NCBI GenBank assembly: GCA_017456895.1
Contig: JAFTIN010000003.1
Span: 47-64,046, forward strand
Direction: 5' to 3'
Source of the DNA: Clostridia bacterium
GTDB lineage: Bacteria; Bacillota; Clostridia; Oscillospirales; CAG-272
DNA length: 64,000 nt
Position numbers and translations under genes: made by a program. Of the stretch, positions 55,372-64,000 are shown one piece after another. The notes under the pieces are model-generated. The model did no database searches, was not told the origin of the DNA, and saw only the letters and a program-made list of their open reading frames with translations. How positions within the stretch are numbered: position 1 is the stretch's first letter; each line of letters begins with the position of its first letter.

Positions 55372-56310
55372 ATGAACGTAGTATACTATTCTTACCCCTC
55401 GGCTCTCGAGCTCGGGAAAATAGCGGTAGCGCTCGGCTACTTTGACGGAGTACACGTAGGACACAGAGAGCTCATATCCCTCCTGGTCCGTGAAGCGAGG
55501 GCAAAGGGGTTAAGCCCCTATGTCTTAACATTCGCAGACTCCCTGTCTAAAACCAAGAAAACGCAAAGTATAATTTACAATACAGAGGAAAAGATCAAGA
55601 TTTTCTCATCCTTAGGAGTTGAGGGGGTTATCGTAACCGACTTTTCCTCGATCTCGGGGCTCTCACCGGAGAGCTTCATCGGTGACGTGCTGGTGGACAG
55701 CCTCGGAGTCGAGCTTGCCATCTCGGGATACAACTTCCGCTTCGGTAAGGGCGCGGCAGCAGACTCGCTCGCTCTGGTCGAGCTGATGGAGAAGGCGGGC
55801 AAGAGCGCCATTATCCTCTCCGAGCAGAAAATAGACGGCAAGCCGCTATCGGCAACCGTAATAAGAGATCTTATTTCGGAAAAGCGCCTTGAGGAGGCGA
55901 CGAGGATGCTCGGACTCCCCTACGCTATCGAGGGTGAGGTAGAAAGAGGGCTCGGACTCGGCAAGGCGTACGGCTTCCCTACCGTGAATCTCCCCCTAAG
56001 AAGGACCTCTCCTCTCTCGACGGGAGTCTACCGTACCGCTGTTATCATCGACGGCAGAGCCTACACCGGAGTAACGAACGTTGGCTCCTGCCCGACCGTA
56101 TCCGAAAGAGAGATACACACCGAGACGCTGATAGCCGACTTTGAGGGCGACCTCTACGGTAAGACGGTACGCATATACTTCCTCGGTTATTTAAGAGAGG
56201 AAAAGCGCTTTGACTCAATAGAAGAGCTGCGCGACAGAATATATCTTGATAAAGACATAGCAAAAAAAGAAAACGGAGATTTATTATGGCTGGAAACTGG
56301 ACTAAACTGA
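55372..56310 (+). CDS. ribF: Bifunctional riboflavin kinase/FAD synthetase
   Basis: GYFDGVHVGH, GYNFRFG, GFPTVN, NVG.CPT, LREEKRF. Confidence 0.95.
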   Translation: MNVVYYSYPSALELGKIAVALGYFDGVHVGHRELISLLVREARAKGLSPYVLTFADSLSKTKKTQSIIYNTEEKIKIFSSLGVEGVIVTDFSSISGLSPESFIGDVLVDSLGVELAISGYNFRFGKGAAADSLALVELMEKAGKSAIILSEQKIDGKPLSATVIRDLISEKRLEEATRMLGLPYAIEGEVERGLGLGKAYGFPTVNLPLRRTSPLSTGVYRTAVIIDGRAYTGVTNVGSCPTVSEREIHTETLIADFEGDLYGKTVRIYFLGYLREEKRFDSIEELRDRIYLDKDIAKKENGDLLWLETGLN

Positions 56311-57212
56311 CTGTAACCGGACACGTAAAGGACCTTGACGGAATATGTGCCGTAATGAGTATGCTTGACAACGGCTTGATGATAGAAGACTACAGCGACT
56401 TTTCCTTAAGCGGAATGTACGGTGAGCTCGTGGACGAGTCGATACTCAACGCAGACAGAGAGACTGTCAAGGTATCCATATTCGTACCCGAGGAAAAGAA
56501 CTTCGCGGAATACCGCGTATACCTTGAGGCAAGGCTCTCCTCCCTCGGCATAAATCACGAGATATCCATAGAGGGTATGAACGAGGAGGACTGGTCGGAG
56601 AGCTGGAAGCAGTATTACAAGCCTATTCCCCTCGGCAAGGTAACAATAGTTCCCGCCTGGGAAAAATATGACGCCAAGGAAGGCGAGATAATCATAAGAA
56701 TGGATCCCGGCATGGCCTTCGGCACCGGAACACACGAAACGACGAGACTCGTTATGAGAATAATGCAGGACCTCATCAAGGGCGGAGAAAGAGTGCTTGA
56801 CGTCGGTACCGGCTCGGGTATACTCTCCATCTGCGCCTCCAAGCTCGGGGCAAGATCCTGCAACGCCTATGACATCGATCCCGTGGCGGTCAAGGTAGCG
56901 AGAGAGAACGCCAAGGACGACGGCTGCGACAACATCACCGTCGGAGTGTCCGACCTCTTGAAGGGTGTCGACAGATCGGGCGGAAAGTACGACTTCTGCG
57001 TGGCTAATATAGTCTCTGACATCATCATCCGTATGATGCCCGATATCCACGGATATCTTACGGACACAGCTCCCCTTATCCTCTCGGGAATCATCATTGA
57101 CAGAGCCGATGAGGTCAGAGCCTCGGTAAAGGAGAACGGGTACACCGTCATCCGCGAGGAGAAGGAAAACGACTGGGTTGCCCTGCTTTGTAAAAGGCAA
57201 ATCAACTCATAA
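56286..57212 (+). CDS. prmA: Ribosomal protein L11 methyltransferase
   Basis: EDWSESWKQYY, DPGMAFGTGTHETT, LDVGTGSGIL, ANI. Confidence 0.96.
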   Translation: MAGNWTKLTVTGHVKDLDGICAVMSMLDNGLMIEDYSDFSLSGMYGELVDESILNADRETVKVSIFVPEEKNFAEYRVYLEARLSSLGINHEISIEGMNEEDWSESWKQYYKPIPLGKVTIVPAWEKYDAKEGEIIIRMDPGMAFGTGTHETTRLVMRIMQDLIKGGERVLDVGTGSGILSICASKLGARSCNAYDIDPVAVKVARENAKDDGCDNITVGVSDLLKGVDRSGGKYDFCVANIVSDIIIRMMPDIHGYLTDTAPLILSGIIIDRADEVRASVKENGYTVIREEKENDWVALLCKRQINS

Positions 57213-57311
57213 GCGCTTCATCTCATTAGCGCCCCGAGTTGTATCTCACCACGACTCTAAAGTGCATCTAATTTCTATTTTTTCACACAATTCTTTACAT
57301 AGGAGCGGTTT

Positions 57312-58049
57312 ATGGCAAGATTCTTTGTCACAAAGGATAACATAAGCGAAAGTACAATAACCATACGGGGCGCTGACGCCTACCACATCGCCAGATCCTT
57401 AAGAATGGCGGTTTTAGACCCCGTCACCGTCTGCGACGAGTGTGGCAACGAGTATCTCTGTACCCTTCTGCGCATCCGCGACGATGAGTGCATAGCCGAG
57501 ATAAAGGAGGTAAGACCGGGCGCCACCGAGTCCCCCGTGAATATCACCCTCTATATGGCCTACCCGAAGGGAGATAAGCTCGAGACAGTGGTGCAAAAAT
57601 CGGTAGAGCTCGGCGCCTCGTATATCGTCCCCTTTGAGTCCTCAAGATGTATAAAGCGTCCTACCGAGGACAAGCTCGGTAAGATCACCGACAGGCTCTC
57701 GAGAATAGCCGAGGAGGCCGCAAAGCAGTGCGGCAGATCAAGGCTGCCGAAGGTGGAGAGAATGATAAAATTCAAGGATCTGCTCCAAAGAACAAAGGAC
57801 TATGACCTCACCCTCTTTTGCTACGAGGGAGAAGGCACCGAGTCATTAAAGAGCGTACTCGAGGGCTACGGCAGAGCTGACGGAAATATCGCCGTTATCA
57901 TAGGCTCCGAGGGCGGCTTCTCCAAAGAGGAGGCGGCGGCAATAACCGACTCCGGAGCAAAATGCGTCAGTCTCGGCCCGAGGATCCTGCGCTGTGAGAC
58001 CGCGCCCGACTACTGTCTCTCGGCCATATCCTATCATTTTGAACTCTGA
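57312..58049 (+). CDS. rsmE: 16S rRNA m3U1498 methyltransferase
   Basis: HIARSLR, QKSVELG, EAAKQCGR, IGSEGG, LGPRILRCETA. Confidence 0.95.
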   Translation: MARFFVTKDNISESTITIRGADAYHIARSLRMAVLDPVTVCDECGNEYLCTLLRIRDDECIAEIKEVRPGATESPVNITLYMAYPKGDKLETVVQKSVELGASYIVPFESSRCIKRPTEDKLGKITDRLSRIAEEAAKQCGRSRLPKVERMIKFKDLLQRTKDYDLTLFCYEGEGTESLKSVLEGYGRADGNIAVIIGSEGGFSKEEAAAITDSGAKCVSLGPRILRCETAPDYCLSAISYHFEL

Positions 58050-58073
58050 TTTCAAAAACACAACTCATATTAC

Positions 58074-58118
58074 ACCGCGCCACGGACCGAGCCAAGCTCA
58101 ATGTGGCGCGGTATTTTT
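58074..58118 (+). terminator. Rho-independent terminator
   Basis: ACCGCGCCAC...GTGGCGCGGT plus T-run. Confidence 0.7.
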
Positions 58119-58232
58119 GCTCTTTTTAGGCTTATTTAAAGCATAAATGAACATTTTAATATAACTAATGTTAATTTTCACAATGATTTTGTGACTGTTT
58201 TGTGTATTTCGTAATATTTTTTTTAAAAACTA

Positions 58233-58261
58233 TTGAAATTTGTCCAAAAATAATGTAAAAT
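58233..58261 (+). promoter_or_regulatory. SigA-type promoter
   Basis: TTGAAA-N17-TAAAAT. Confidence 0.55.
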
Positions 58262-58389
58262 ATAGTACAGTATAGACAAATCGACCTTACCACATTTCAT
58301 GCGGTAGGGTTTTCGATTACGAAAGACATCGAATATTGCGGCAAAATACAAGATTTTTTTACTGCAGAAGAATGAAAGGATAATTAATT

Positions 58390-59475
58390 ATGTCTAACCG
58401 CTTGTTCCAGACGGTGATCCACCAGATGAAGGATATTGTAGGACGTACTATCGGCGCGATCGACGAAAACGGCATTATTATCGCCTGCTCCGAGCTTGCA
58501 AAGATAGGCGAGTCAAGACAGCGTGTAAAGGAGGAGCTCTCCTTCTCCCGCGACTCCATGGTCATAGACGGCTACACCTACAAGTTCATCAACGCCAACA
58601 GCAAAAACGACTGCATCGTCTTCGTTGAAGGAGATGACAAGGAGGCTGAAAAGGTAGCGCAGATCCTCGCGGTATCTCTCGGCAATATCAAGAGCCTGTA
58701 CGACGAGAAATACGACAAGGGCTCATTTATCAAGAACATTATCCTTGACAACATTCTTCCCAACGACATATACATCAAGTCCAACGAGCTCCATATGGGT
58801 AACGACGAGTACCGCGCGGTAATCGTTGTTAAGTTCCAGGGCGCTACGGAGGTCGCTCCCTATGAGATCATCCAGAACATTGTATCGGATAAGACCAAGG
58901 ATTACGTTATCAACATCAGTGAGCAGGACATAGTAATAGTAAAGGAAGTATCGGACGGCACCACCTCCGAGGATCTCGAGGCTGAGGTCCAGGGCATCCT
59001 CCGTCAGGCGCAGACCGAGTATGCGGCAAAGCTCCTTATCGGTATCTCCTCTATTGTTGAAAAGCTCAAGGATCTTGCAAGAGCGTATAAGGAAGCAAGG
59101 ATCGCTCTCGAGGTAGGTAAGGTGTTCGACATCGAGCGCCCCATCATGTCCTACGACAACCTCGGCATCGGCAGACTTATCTACCAGCTCCCCACCACTC
59201 TTTGCGAAATATTCCTTCAGGAAGTATTTAAGAAGGGCTCGCTCGAGTCGCTCGACCGCGAGACTCTTATGACCGTACAGAGCTTCTTCGAGAACAACCT
59301 CAACGTTTCCGAGACCTCAAGAAAGCTCTTCGTACATAGAAATACCCTTGTTTACCGTCTTGAGAAGATCAGAAAGCTCACCGGACTTGACCTTCGTGAG
59401 TTCGACCACGCCGTAACCTTTAAGGTTGCGCTCATGGTCAAGAAATATCTCAACGGCAAACCCACCAAATTCTGA
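58390..59475 (+). CDS. CdaR/PucR-family transcriptional regulator
   Basis: N-terminal sugar-diacid-recognition-like region; C-terminal HTH NVSETSRKLFVHRNTLVYRL. Confidence 0.92.
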   Translation: MSNRLFQTVIHQMKDIVGRTIGAIDENGIIIACSELAKIGESRQRVKEELSFSRDSMVIDGYTYKFINANSKNDCIVFVEGDDKEAEKVAQILAVSLGNIKSLYDEKYDKGSFIKNIILDNILPNDIYIKSNELHMGNDEYRAVIVVKFQGATEVAPYEIIQNIVSDKTKDYVINISEQDIVIVKEVSDGTTSEDLEAEVQGILRQAQTEYAAKLLIGISSIVEKLKDLARAYKEARIALEVGKVFDIERPIMSYDNLGIGRLIYQLPTTLCEIFLQEVFKKGSLESLDRETLMTVQSFFENNLNVSETSRKLFVHRNTLVYRLEKIRKLTGLDLREFDHAVTFKVALMVKKYLNGKPTKF

Positions 59476-59545
59476 TTACTTTGCGAGGCTGTCGTTTGCG
59501 GCAGCCCCGTTTCTTGACAATATCAAATGAATAAGGAGATAGAAT

Positions 59546-60925
59546 ATGTCAATGAACTACTCTTCCCCTCTTAGGAAACTTAGAGTTGCCGTCATCATTT
59601 GCTGTCTCATTCTGATCATTGGCATCCTCGGATACGCTTTTCTCACCAACAAAGAGACCACCGTTCTCGACAAGAACGAGATCACCGACAACGTACAGAC
59701 TCTCGGCGGTGAGGACTATGGATACACCTTTGTTTCCTCATACCTCAAAAAGTACGGCATCGGGAACATCAACTCCTACAAAATGAATGCTATAGAATCT
59801 CAGCTTGAGAGCGACTTCTATAAAGAGCTGCCCGAGGAGAGACAGATAGCTAAGGACACCGCACTCCTGTTTGTCGAATACTACTACGACGTGATCGACC
59901 TCGAGAACAAGAAGGAGGTCACAGACGCGCTTCTCAAGTGCTTCTTCTCCTCTATAGGAGATCCTTACGCCTTCTACCGCACGGAGGAGGAGTTCGCCGA
60001 GTTTATCGGCAGCCTCGAGGGTGGCAGAGAGTTCGTCGGTATCGGCGTACTTATGAATCAGGAGACGCTCGAAATACAGATGGTCTACCCGGACTCGGGA
60101 GCGGCAGAAGCCGGCATTAAGCCGAGAGACGTCATCTACGCGGTCGACGGAGTAACCCTTGAGGAGGCATCCGCGGAGGAGCTCGTCTCAATGGTTGCGG
60201 GCGAGGTAGACTCCACGGTAAAGGTCACCGTCAGACGCGGCGACGAGCTCATAGAGTTCACCGTGACCAGAAGGATCATTTCCGAGAGAACCGTCCTCTA
60301 CGATATAGACGAGGATAAGGTCGGATATATCCAGATCACCCAGTTCCTCCAGAACACTCCCGCCGAGTTTAAGGAGGCTGTGGATCACTGCGAGGCAAAC
60401 GGCGCGGTCGCGCTTATTATAGATATGAGATACAACCCCGGCGGACTTCTTACCTCGGTCGTGGACGTTATCGACTATCTTGCCCCGGACAGCGAGTCCA
60501 GAAGGATCGGCTCATATACCCAAAACGGTCATGAAAACGTGTATTACACCAAAGACGGACACTCCGTCGATCTTCCTATAGCCGTCCTCTGTAACGAGGG
60601 CACCGCCTCTGCGGGCGAGCTCTTCACCGCGGCTATGAGAGATTACGGCAAGGAGGGTGTGCTCGACACAGTCATCGTCGGCACCACCACCTACGGCAAG
60701 GGCGTGGCGCAGAACAGCTACTCTCTTTACGATATGTCCGGCATAACCTACACCATCGGCTACTTTAACCCGCCCTCGGACGTCAACTTTGACGGCATCG
60801 GAGTTATCCCCGAATACGTGGTCGAGGAGGTATCCGACAAGGACGCTCCCTTTGAATGTGCAAAGGAAGAAATACTCAAGCTAACAAAAGGCGGCACCAC
60901 GGTTAATCTCGGAGTCGCAGCATAA
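59546..60925 (+). CDS. ctpA: C-terminal processing protease (S41) with PDZ domain
   Basis: DPYA, GIG, DMRYNPGG, TASAGE, TYGKG. Confidence 0.9.
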   Translation: MSMNYSSPLRKLRVAVIICCLILIIGILGYAFLTNKETTVLDKNEITDNVQTLGGEDYGYTFVSSYLKKYGIGNINSYKMNAIESQLESDFYKELPEERQIAKDTALLFVEYYYDVIDLENKKEVTDALLKCFFSSIGDPYAFYRTEEEFAEFIGSLEGGREFVGIGVLMNQETLEIQMVYPDSGAAEAGIKPRDVIYAVDGVTLEEASAEELVSMVAGEVDSTVKVTVRRGDELIEFTVTRRIISERTVLYDIDEDKVGYIQITQFLQNTPAEFKEAVDHCEANGAVALIIDMRYNPGGLLTSVVDVIDYLAPDSESRRIGSYTQNGHENVYYTKDGHSVDLPIAVLCNEGTASAGELFTAAMRDYGKEGVLDTVIVGTTTYGKGVAQNSYSLYDMSGITYTIGYFNPPSDVNFDGIGVIPEYVVEEVSDKDAPFECAKEEILKLTKGGTTVNLGVAA

Positions 60926-60949
60926 ATAAATACATTGGAGAAAAAGAAA

Positions 60950-61429
60950 ATGGAACAGAAATTTTACACGCCCCAGGGCTTCAAGGCTCTGCAGGATGAG
61001 CTCGACCACCTTATTAACGTAAGAGTTGAGGAGAACAAAAAGGAAATATCCAAAGCGAGAGCTTACGGCGACCTCTCCGAAAACAGCGAGTACGATGCAG
61101 CTAAGCAGGAGCAGGCGGTTATACATGCAAGAATCGACGAATTACGCGAGATGATCGCAAACGCAAAGGTTATCGACGAGTCTCAGATCGACGAGAGCAA
61201 GGTCAGCGTCGGCTCCATCGTAGTTCTCTACAACGTGGAGAGAAAGAGAGAGTTCACCTACCACATCGTAGGCTCCTATGAGACCGATCACGAGAACGGT
61301 AAGATCTCCGACTCCTCCCCCATCGGTATGGCTCTTCTCGGTGCGTCCGAGGGTGACGAGGTCGTTGTCGAGGGCGCGAGAGTCCAGCACCTCCAGATCA
61401 AGAGCGTATCCAGAGCAAAGGACAACTAA
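60950..61429 (+). CDS. greA: Transcription elongation factor GreA
   Basis: ARAYGDLSENSEYDAAK, ISDSSPIG.AL. Confidence 0.96.
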   Translation: MEQKFYTPQGFKALQDELDHLINVRVEENKKEISKARAYGDLSENSEYDAAKQEQAVIHARIDELREMIANAKVIDESQIDESKVSVGSIVVLYNVERKREFTYHIVGSYETDHENGKISDSSPIGMALLGASEGDEVVVEGARVQHLQIKSVSRAKDN

Positions 61430-61493
61430 TATTAGCATTTTACAGTGACTTTCAGTAGTCGCTTTATATCCATAAAAATGAAAGGAATTCAAA

Positions 61494-62990
61494 ATGGACA
61501 ACAATCAGATCCAAAGCACCAGCGAGCTTGCCATCAGACGCGAGAAGCTCGCAAACCTTGTTGCGCAGGGCAAAAATCCTTTTGAAATCACAAAGTACGA
61601 CGTTACCCATTCCGCTCCCGAAGCTATTCGTGAGTTCGAGGAGCGCGAGAATACACTCAAAGAGGGCGAGAGCATAACCGTAAGAGTTGCCGGCAGAATG
61701 GTCGGCAAGAGAGTTATGGGCAAGGCGTCCTTCGCCCACCTTCTTGACGGCGAGGGTAAGATCCAGCTCTACGTCGCGAGAGACTCCATCGGCGAGGAGG
61801 ACTACGCCTCCTTCAAGAAGTGGGATATCGGTGACTGTCTCGGTGTTGAGGGTACCCTTTTCCGCACCAGGACCGGAGAGATCTCCATCCACGCGACGAG
61901 CGTTACCCTTCTTGCCAAGGCGCTCCTTCCCCTTCCCGAGAAGTTCCACGGTCTTACCAATCTTGAGCAGAGATACAGACAGAGATACGTCGACCTCATC
62001 GTCAACCCCGAGGTCAAGGACACCTTTGTAAAGCGCTCCAAGATACTCAAGCTCATCAGACAGTATCTCGACGACAAGGGCTTCCTTGAGGTTGATACCC
62101 CTATACTCCTCCCTCTCGAGATCGGAGCAAACGCGCGCCCCTTCAAGACTCACCACAACACCCTCGATATTGATATGTACCTCCGTATAGAGACCGAGCT
62201 CTACCTCAAGCGTCTTATCGTCGGCGGTATGAACAAGGTATACGAGGTTGGCAGGATCTTCAGAAACGAGGGCATGGACCCCAAGCACAACCCCGAGTTC
62301 ACCACCATTGAGCTCTACCAGGCTTACACCGACTACTACGGAATGATGGACCTTGTTGAGGAGCTGTACAAGATGCTCGCCAAGGAGGTTTGCGGCGATA
62401 CTAAGATCACCTACCAGGGTACCGAGATCGACCTCGGCCACTGGGACAGACTCACCATGGTTGAGGCTGTGAAGAAGTATTCCGGCATTGATTACAACGA
62501 CTGGGCAGACGACGAGGCGGCGCGCGAGTGCGCCAAGGCTCACCACGTTGAGGTTCCCAAGGATGCGACAAAGGGCACCGTTCTCGTTGAGCTCTTCGAC
62601 GCCTTCGTGGAGGATAAGCTCATCCAGCCCACCTTCATCTACGACTACCCCGTGGAGAATTCTCCCCTCGCAAAGAGAAAGCCCACAGATCCAAACTTCA
62701 CCGAGAGATTCGAGTACTTCATCAACTGCACCGAGTACGGTAACGCATTCTCCGAGCTTAACGATCCCATCGACCAGCGCGAGAGATTTGAGAGTCAGGT
62801 TGCGGCAAAGAGAGCGCAGGATCCCAACACCACCGCAGAGGTCGACTACGACTACATCACCGCGCTTGAGTACGGTCTGCCTCCCACAGGAGGTCTCGGC
62901 TTCGGCGTTGACCGTCTCGTAATGCTTCTTACCGACTCCGCGTCGATAAGAGACGTGCTTCTCTTCCCCACAATGAAGCCTGAAGTTTAA
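61494..62990 (+). CDS. lysS: Lysyl-tRNA synthetase (class II)
   Basis: RYRQRYVDL, FRNEG...HNPEFT, YGLPPTGG.G.G.DR, FPTMK. Confidence 0.97.
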   Translation: MDNNQIQSTSELAIRREKLANLVAQGKNPFEITKYDVTHSAPEAIREFEERENTLKEGESITVRVAGRMVGKRVMGKASFAHLLDGEGKIQLYVARDSIGEEDYASFKKWDIGDCLGVEGTLFRTRTGEISIHATSVTLLAKALLPLPEKFHGLTNLEQRYRQRYVDLIVNPEVKDTFVKRSKILKLIRQYLDDKGFLEVDTPILLPLEIGANARPFKTHHNTLDIDMYLRIETELYLKRLIVGGMNKVYEVGRIFRNEGMDPKHNPEFTTIELYQAYTDYYGMMDLVEELYKMLAKEVCGDTKITYQGTEIDLGHWDRLTMVEAVKKYSGIDYNDWADDEAARECAKAHHVEVPKDATKGTVLVELFDAFVEDKLIQPTFIYDYPVENSPLAKRKPTDPNFTERFEYFINCTEYGNAFSELNDPIDQRERFESQVAAKRAQDPNTTAEVDYDYITALEYGLPPTGGLGFGVDRLVMLLTDSASIRDVLLFPTMKPEV

Positions 62991-63155
62991 CACTTTATTC
63001 CCTCTATGACTCTGCCCGCCACCGTCGCATAGTCGCGTACTATCGCCTCCGCAAGTCTGCGGCTCTGCCCGCTTCTTGCTTTGGGCGGTTTCGCTGCGCA
63101 AAAACAACATTCAGTTATTTTTTGCTTGCTACCCACAATGAAGCCCGAGGTTTAA
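62967..63155. mobile_element. ~140-bp structured non-coding insert flanked by a 24-bp direct repeat of the lysS 3' end
   Basis: CCCACAATGAAGCCTGAAGTTTAA (62967-62990) vs CCCACAATGAAGCCCGAGGTTTAA (63132-63155), 22/24 identical. Confidence 0.7.
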
Positions 63156-63205
63156 AACACGGAGAATAATTGAGCTTTTTGTCAAAAGCTCGCAAAAGCT
63201 TCACA

Positions 63206-63254
63206 AAAAGAGCTATGAAGGATACCGCCAAGGTACCGTTTCGTAGCTCTTTTT
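63206..63254 (+). terminator. Rho-independent terminator of the lysS operon
   Basis: AAAAGAGCTATGAA...TTCGTAGCTCTTTT. Confidence 0.75.
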
Positions 63255-63263
63255 CATTTTTTC

Positions 63264-63292
63264 TTGACTTTTTCATTATAATAGGGTAATAT
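63264..63292 (+). promoter_or_regulatory. SigA-type promoter
   Basis: TTGACT-N17-TAATAT. Confidence 0.55.
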
Positions 63293-63339
63293 AAAGATAG
63301 AGTAGTAATTACTTTATAAAAATAAAAAGGAGATTTATT

Positions 63340-64000
63340 ATGCCGTTTTTAATTATTGGAATAGTTCTTGCTCTCATTATTGCAATTCTGGCCGCTTGTA
63401 TCAAGATCGTACCCCAGGCGCACGAGTACGTTATCGAGTTCCTCGGTAAGTACAAGACCACCTGGACCGCAGGTATCCACATCAAAATACCGATCCTTGA
63501 GAGAATAGCAAATACAGTTACCACCAAGGAGCAGGTGCTCGACTCTCCCCCTCAGCCCGTTATCACCAAGGATAACGTAACCATGCAGATCGACACCGTC
63601 ATCTACTTTGCAGTCTATGACGCTAAGCTCTACGCTTACGGTGCGGTAAACCCCATATCCGCGCTCTCCAACCTTGCGGCTACCACTCTTCGTAACATCG
63701 TAGGTGAGCTTGAGCTCGACGGTACGCTCACCTCCCGTGATACAATCAACGCCAAGATGACCGAGATCCTCGACGAGGCGACCGACAAGTGGGGCATCAA
63801 GGTCAACCGTGTTGAGCTTAAGAATATCATTCCTCCCGCAGAGATCCAGAACGCGATGGAAAAGCAGATGAAGGCAGAGCGCGACCGTCGTGAGACCCTC
63901 CTCCAGGCAGAGGGACACAAGGCGGCTGCCATCACCCGCGCAGAGGGTGACAAGCAGGCTATGGTTCTCGCCGCAGAGGGTGAAAGAGATGCACGTATCG
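63340..64000 (+). CDS. SPFH/band-7 (stomatin/QmcA-like) protein, truncated by the window end
   Basis: Manual translation: MPFLIIGIVLALIIAILAACIKIVPQ...PPQPVITKDNVTMQID...WGIKVNRVE; AGGAG SD; missing from the ORF track because it has no stop codon. Confidence 0.9.
   Translation, partial: MPFLIIGIVLALIIAILAACIKIVPQAHEYVIEFLGKYKTTWTAGIHIKIPILERIANTVTTKEQVLDSPPQPVITKDNVTMQIDTVIYFAVYDAKLYAYGAVNPISALSNLAATTLRNIVGELELDGTLTSRDTINAKMTEILDEATDKWGIKVNRVELKNIIPPAEIQNAMEKQMKAERDRRETLLQAEGHKAAAITRAEGDKQAMVLAAEGERDARI

Noticed and set aside
63349-63918. 189-aa minus-strand ORF at the window end
   Set aside because: Shadow of the SPFH gene on the + strand
1-64000. Prophage, IS, integrase, anti-phage defence, toxin-antitoxin, rRNA or tRNA genes
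   Set aside because: No recognisable motifs seen in any frame; a short RNA gene could have been missed by eye

Overview
A 64-kb chromosomal window from an endospore-forming Clostridia-type bacterium (Oscillospirales/Ruminococcaceae-like, judged from gene content and codon style). Most of it is housekeeping and sporulation genes: metF/metH, spoVAF, spoVFAB, spoIIE, rnhA, trpS, T-box-ileS, birA, addA, truB, ribF-prmA-rsmE, ctpA-greA-lysS. I saw no CRISPR array, prophage, transposase, rRNA or tRNA. Six things deserve a second look. (1) A 12.7-kb co-oriented locus joins a GldA/F/G-like ABC system and a very large DUF4340-like protein to two exported trigger-factor-like proteins; those three proteins share extra, partly nested FKBP-like modules, a candidate ATP-coupled extracytoplasmic folding or export machine. 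(2) An inverted array of ATGAAGC/GCTTCAT heptamers with variable hairpin spacers lies between the ileS T-box terminator and the ileS start. (3) A ~140-bp structured element is integrated at the lysS 3' end, flanked by a synonymous duplication of the last codons. (4) The Ile T-box has an unusually expanded stem I. (5) There is a secreted/cytoplasmic paralogue pair of heparinase II/III-like lyases. (6) An AT-rich ECF/anti-sigma module has two readable target promoters. All family assignments come from reading motifs by eye; no searches were run.
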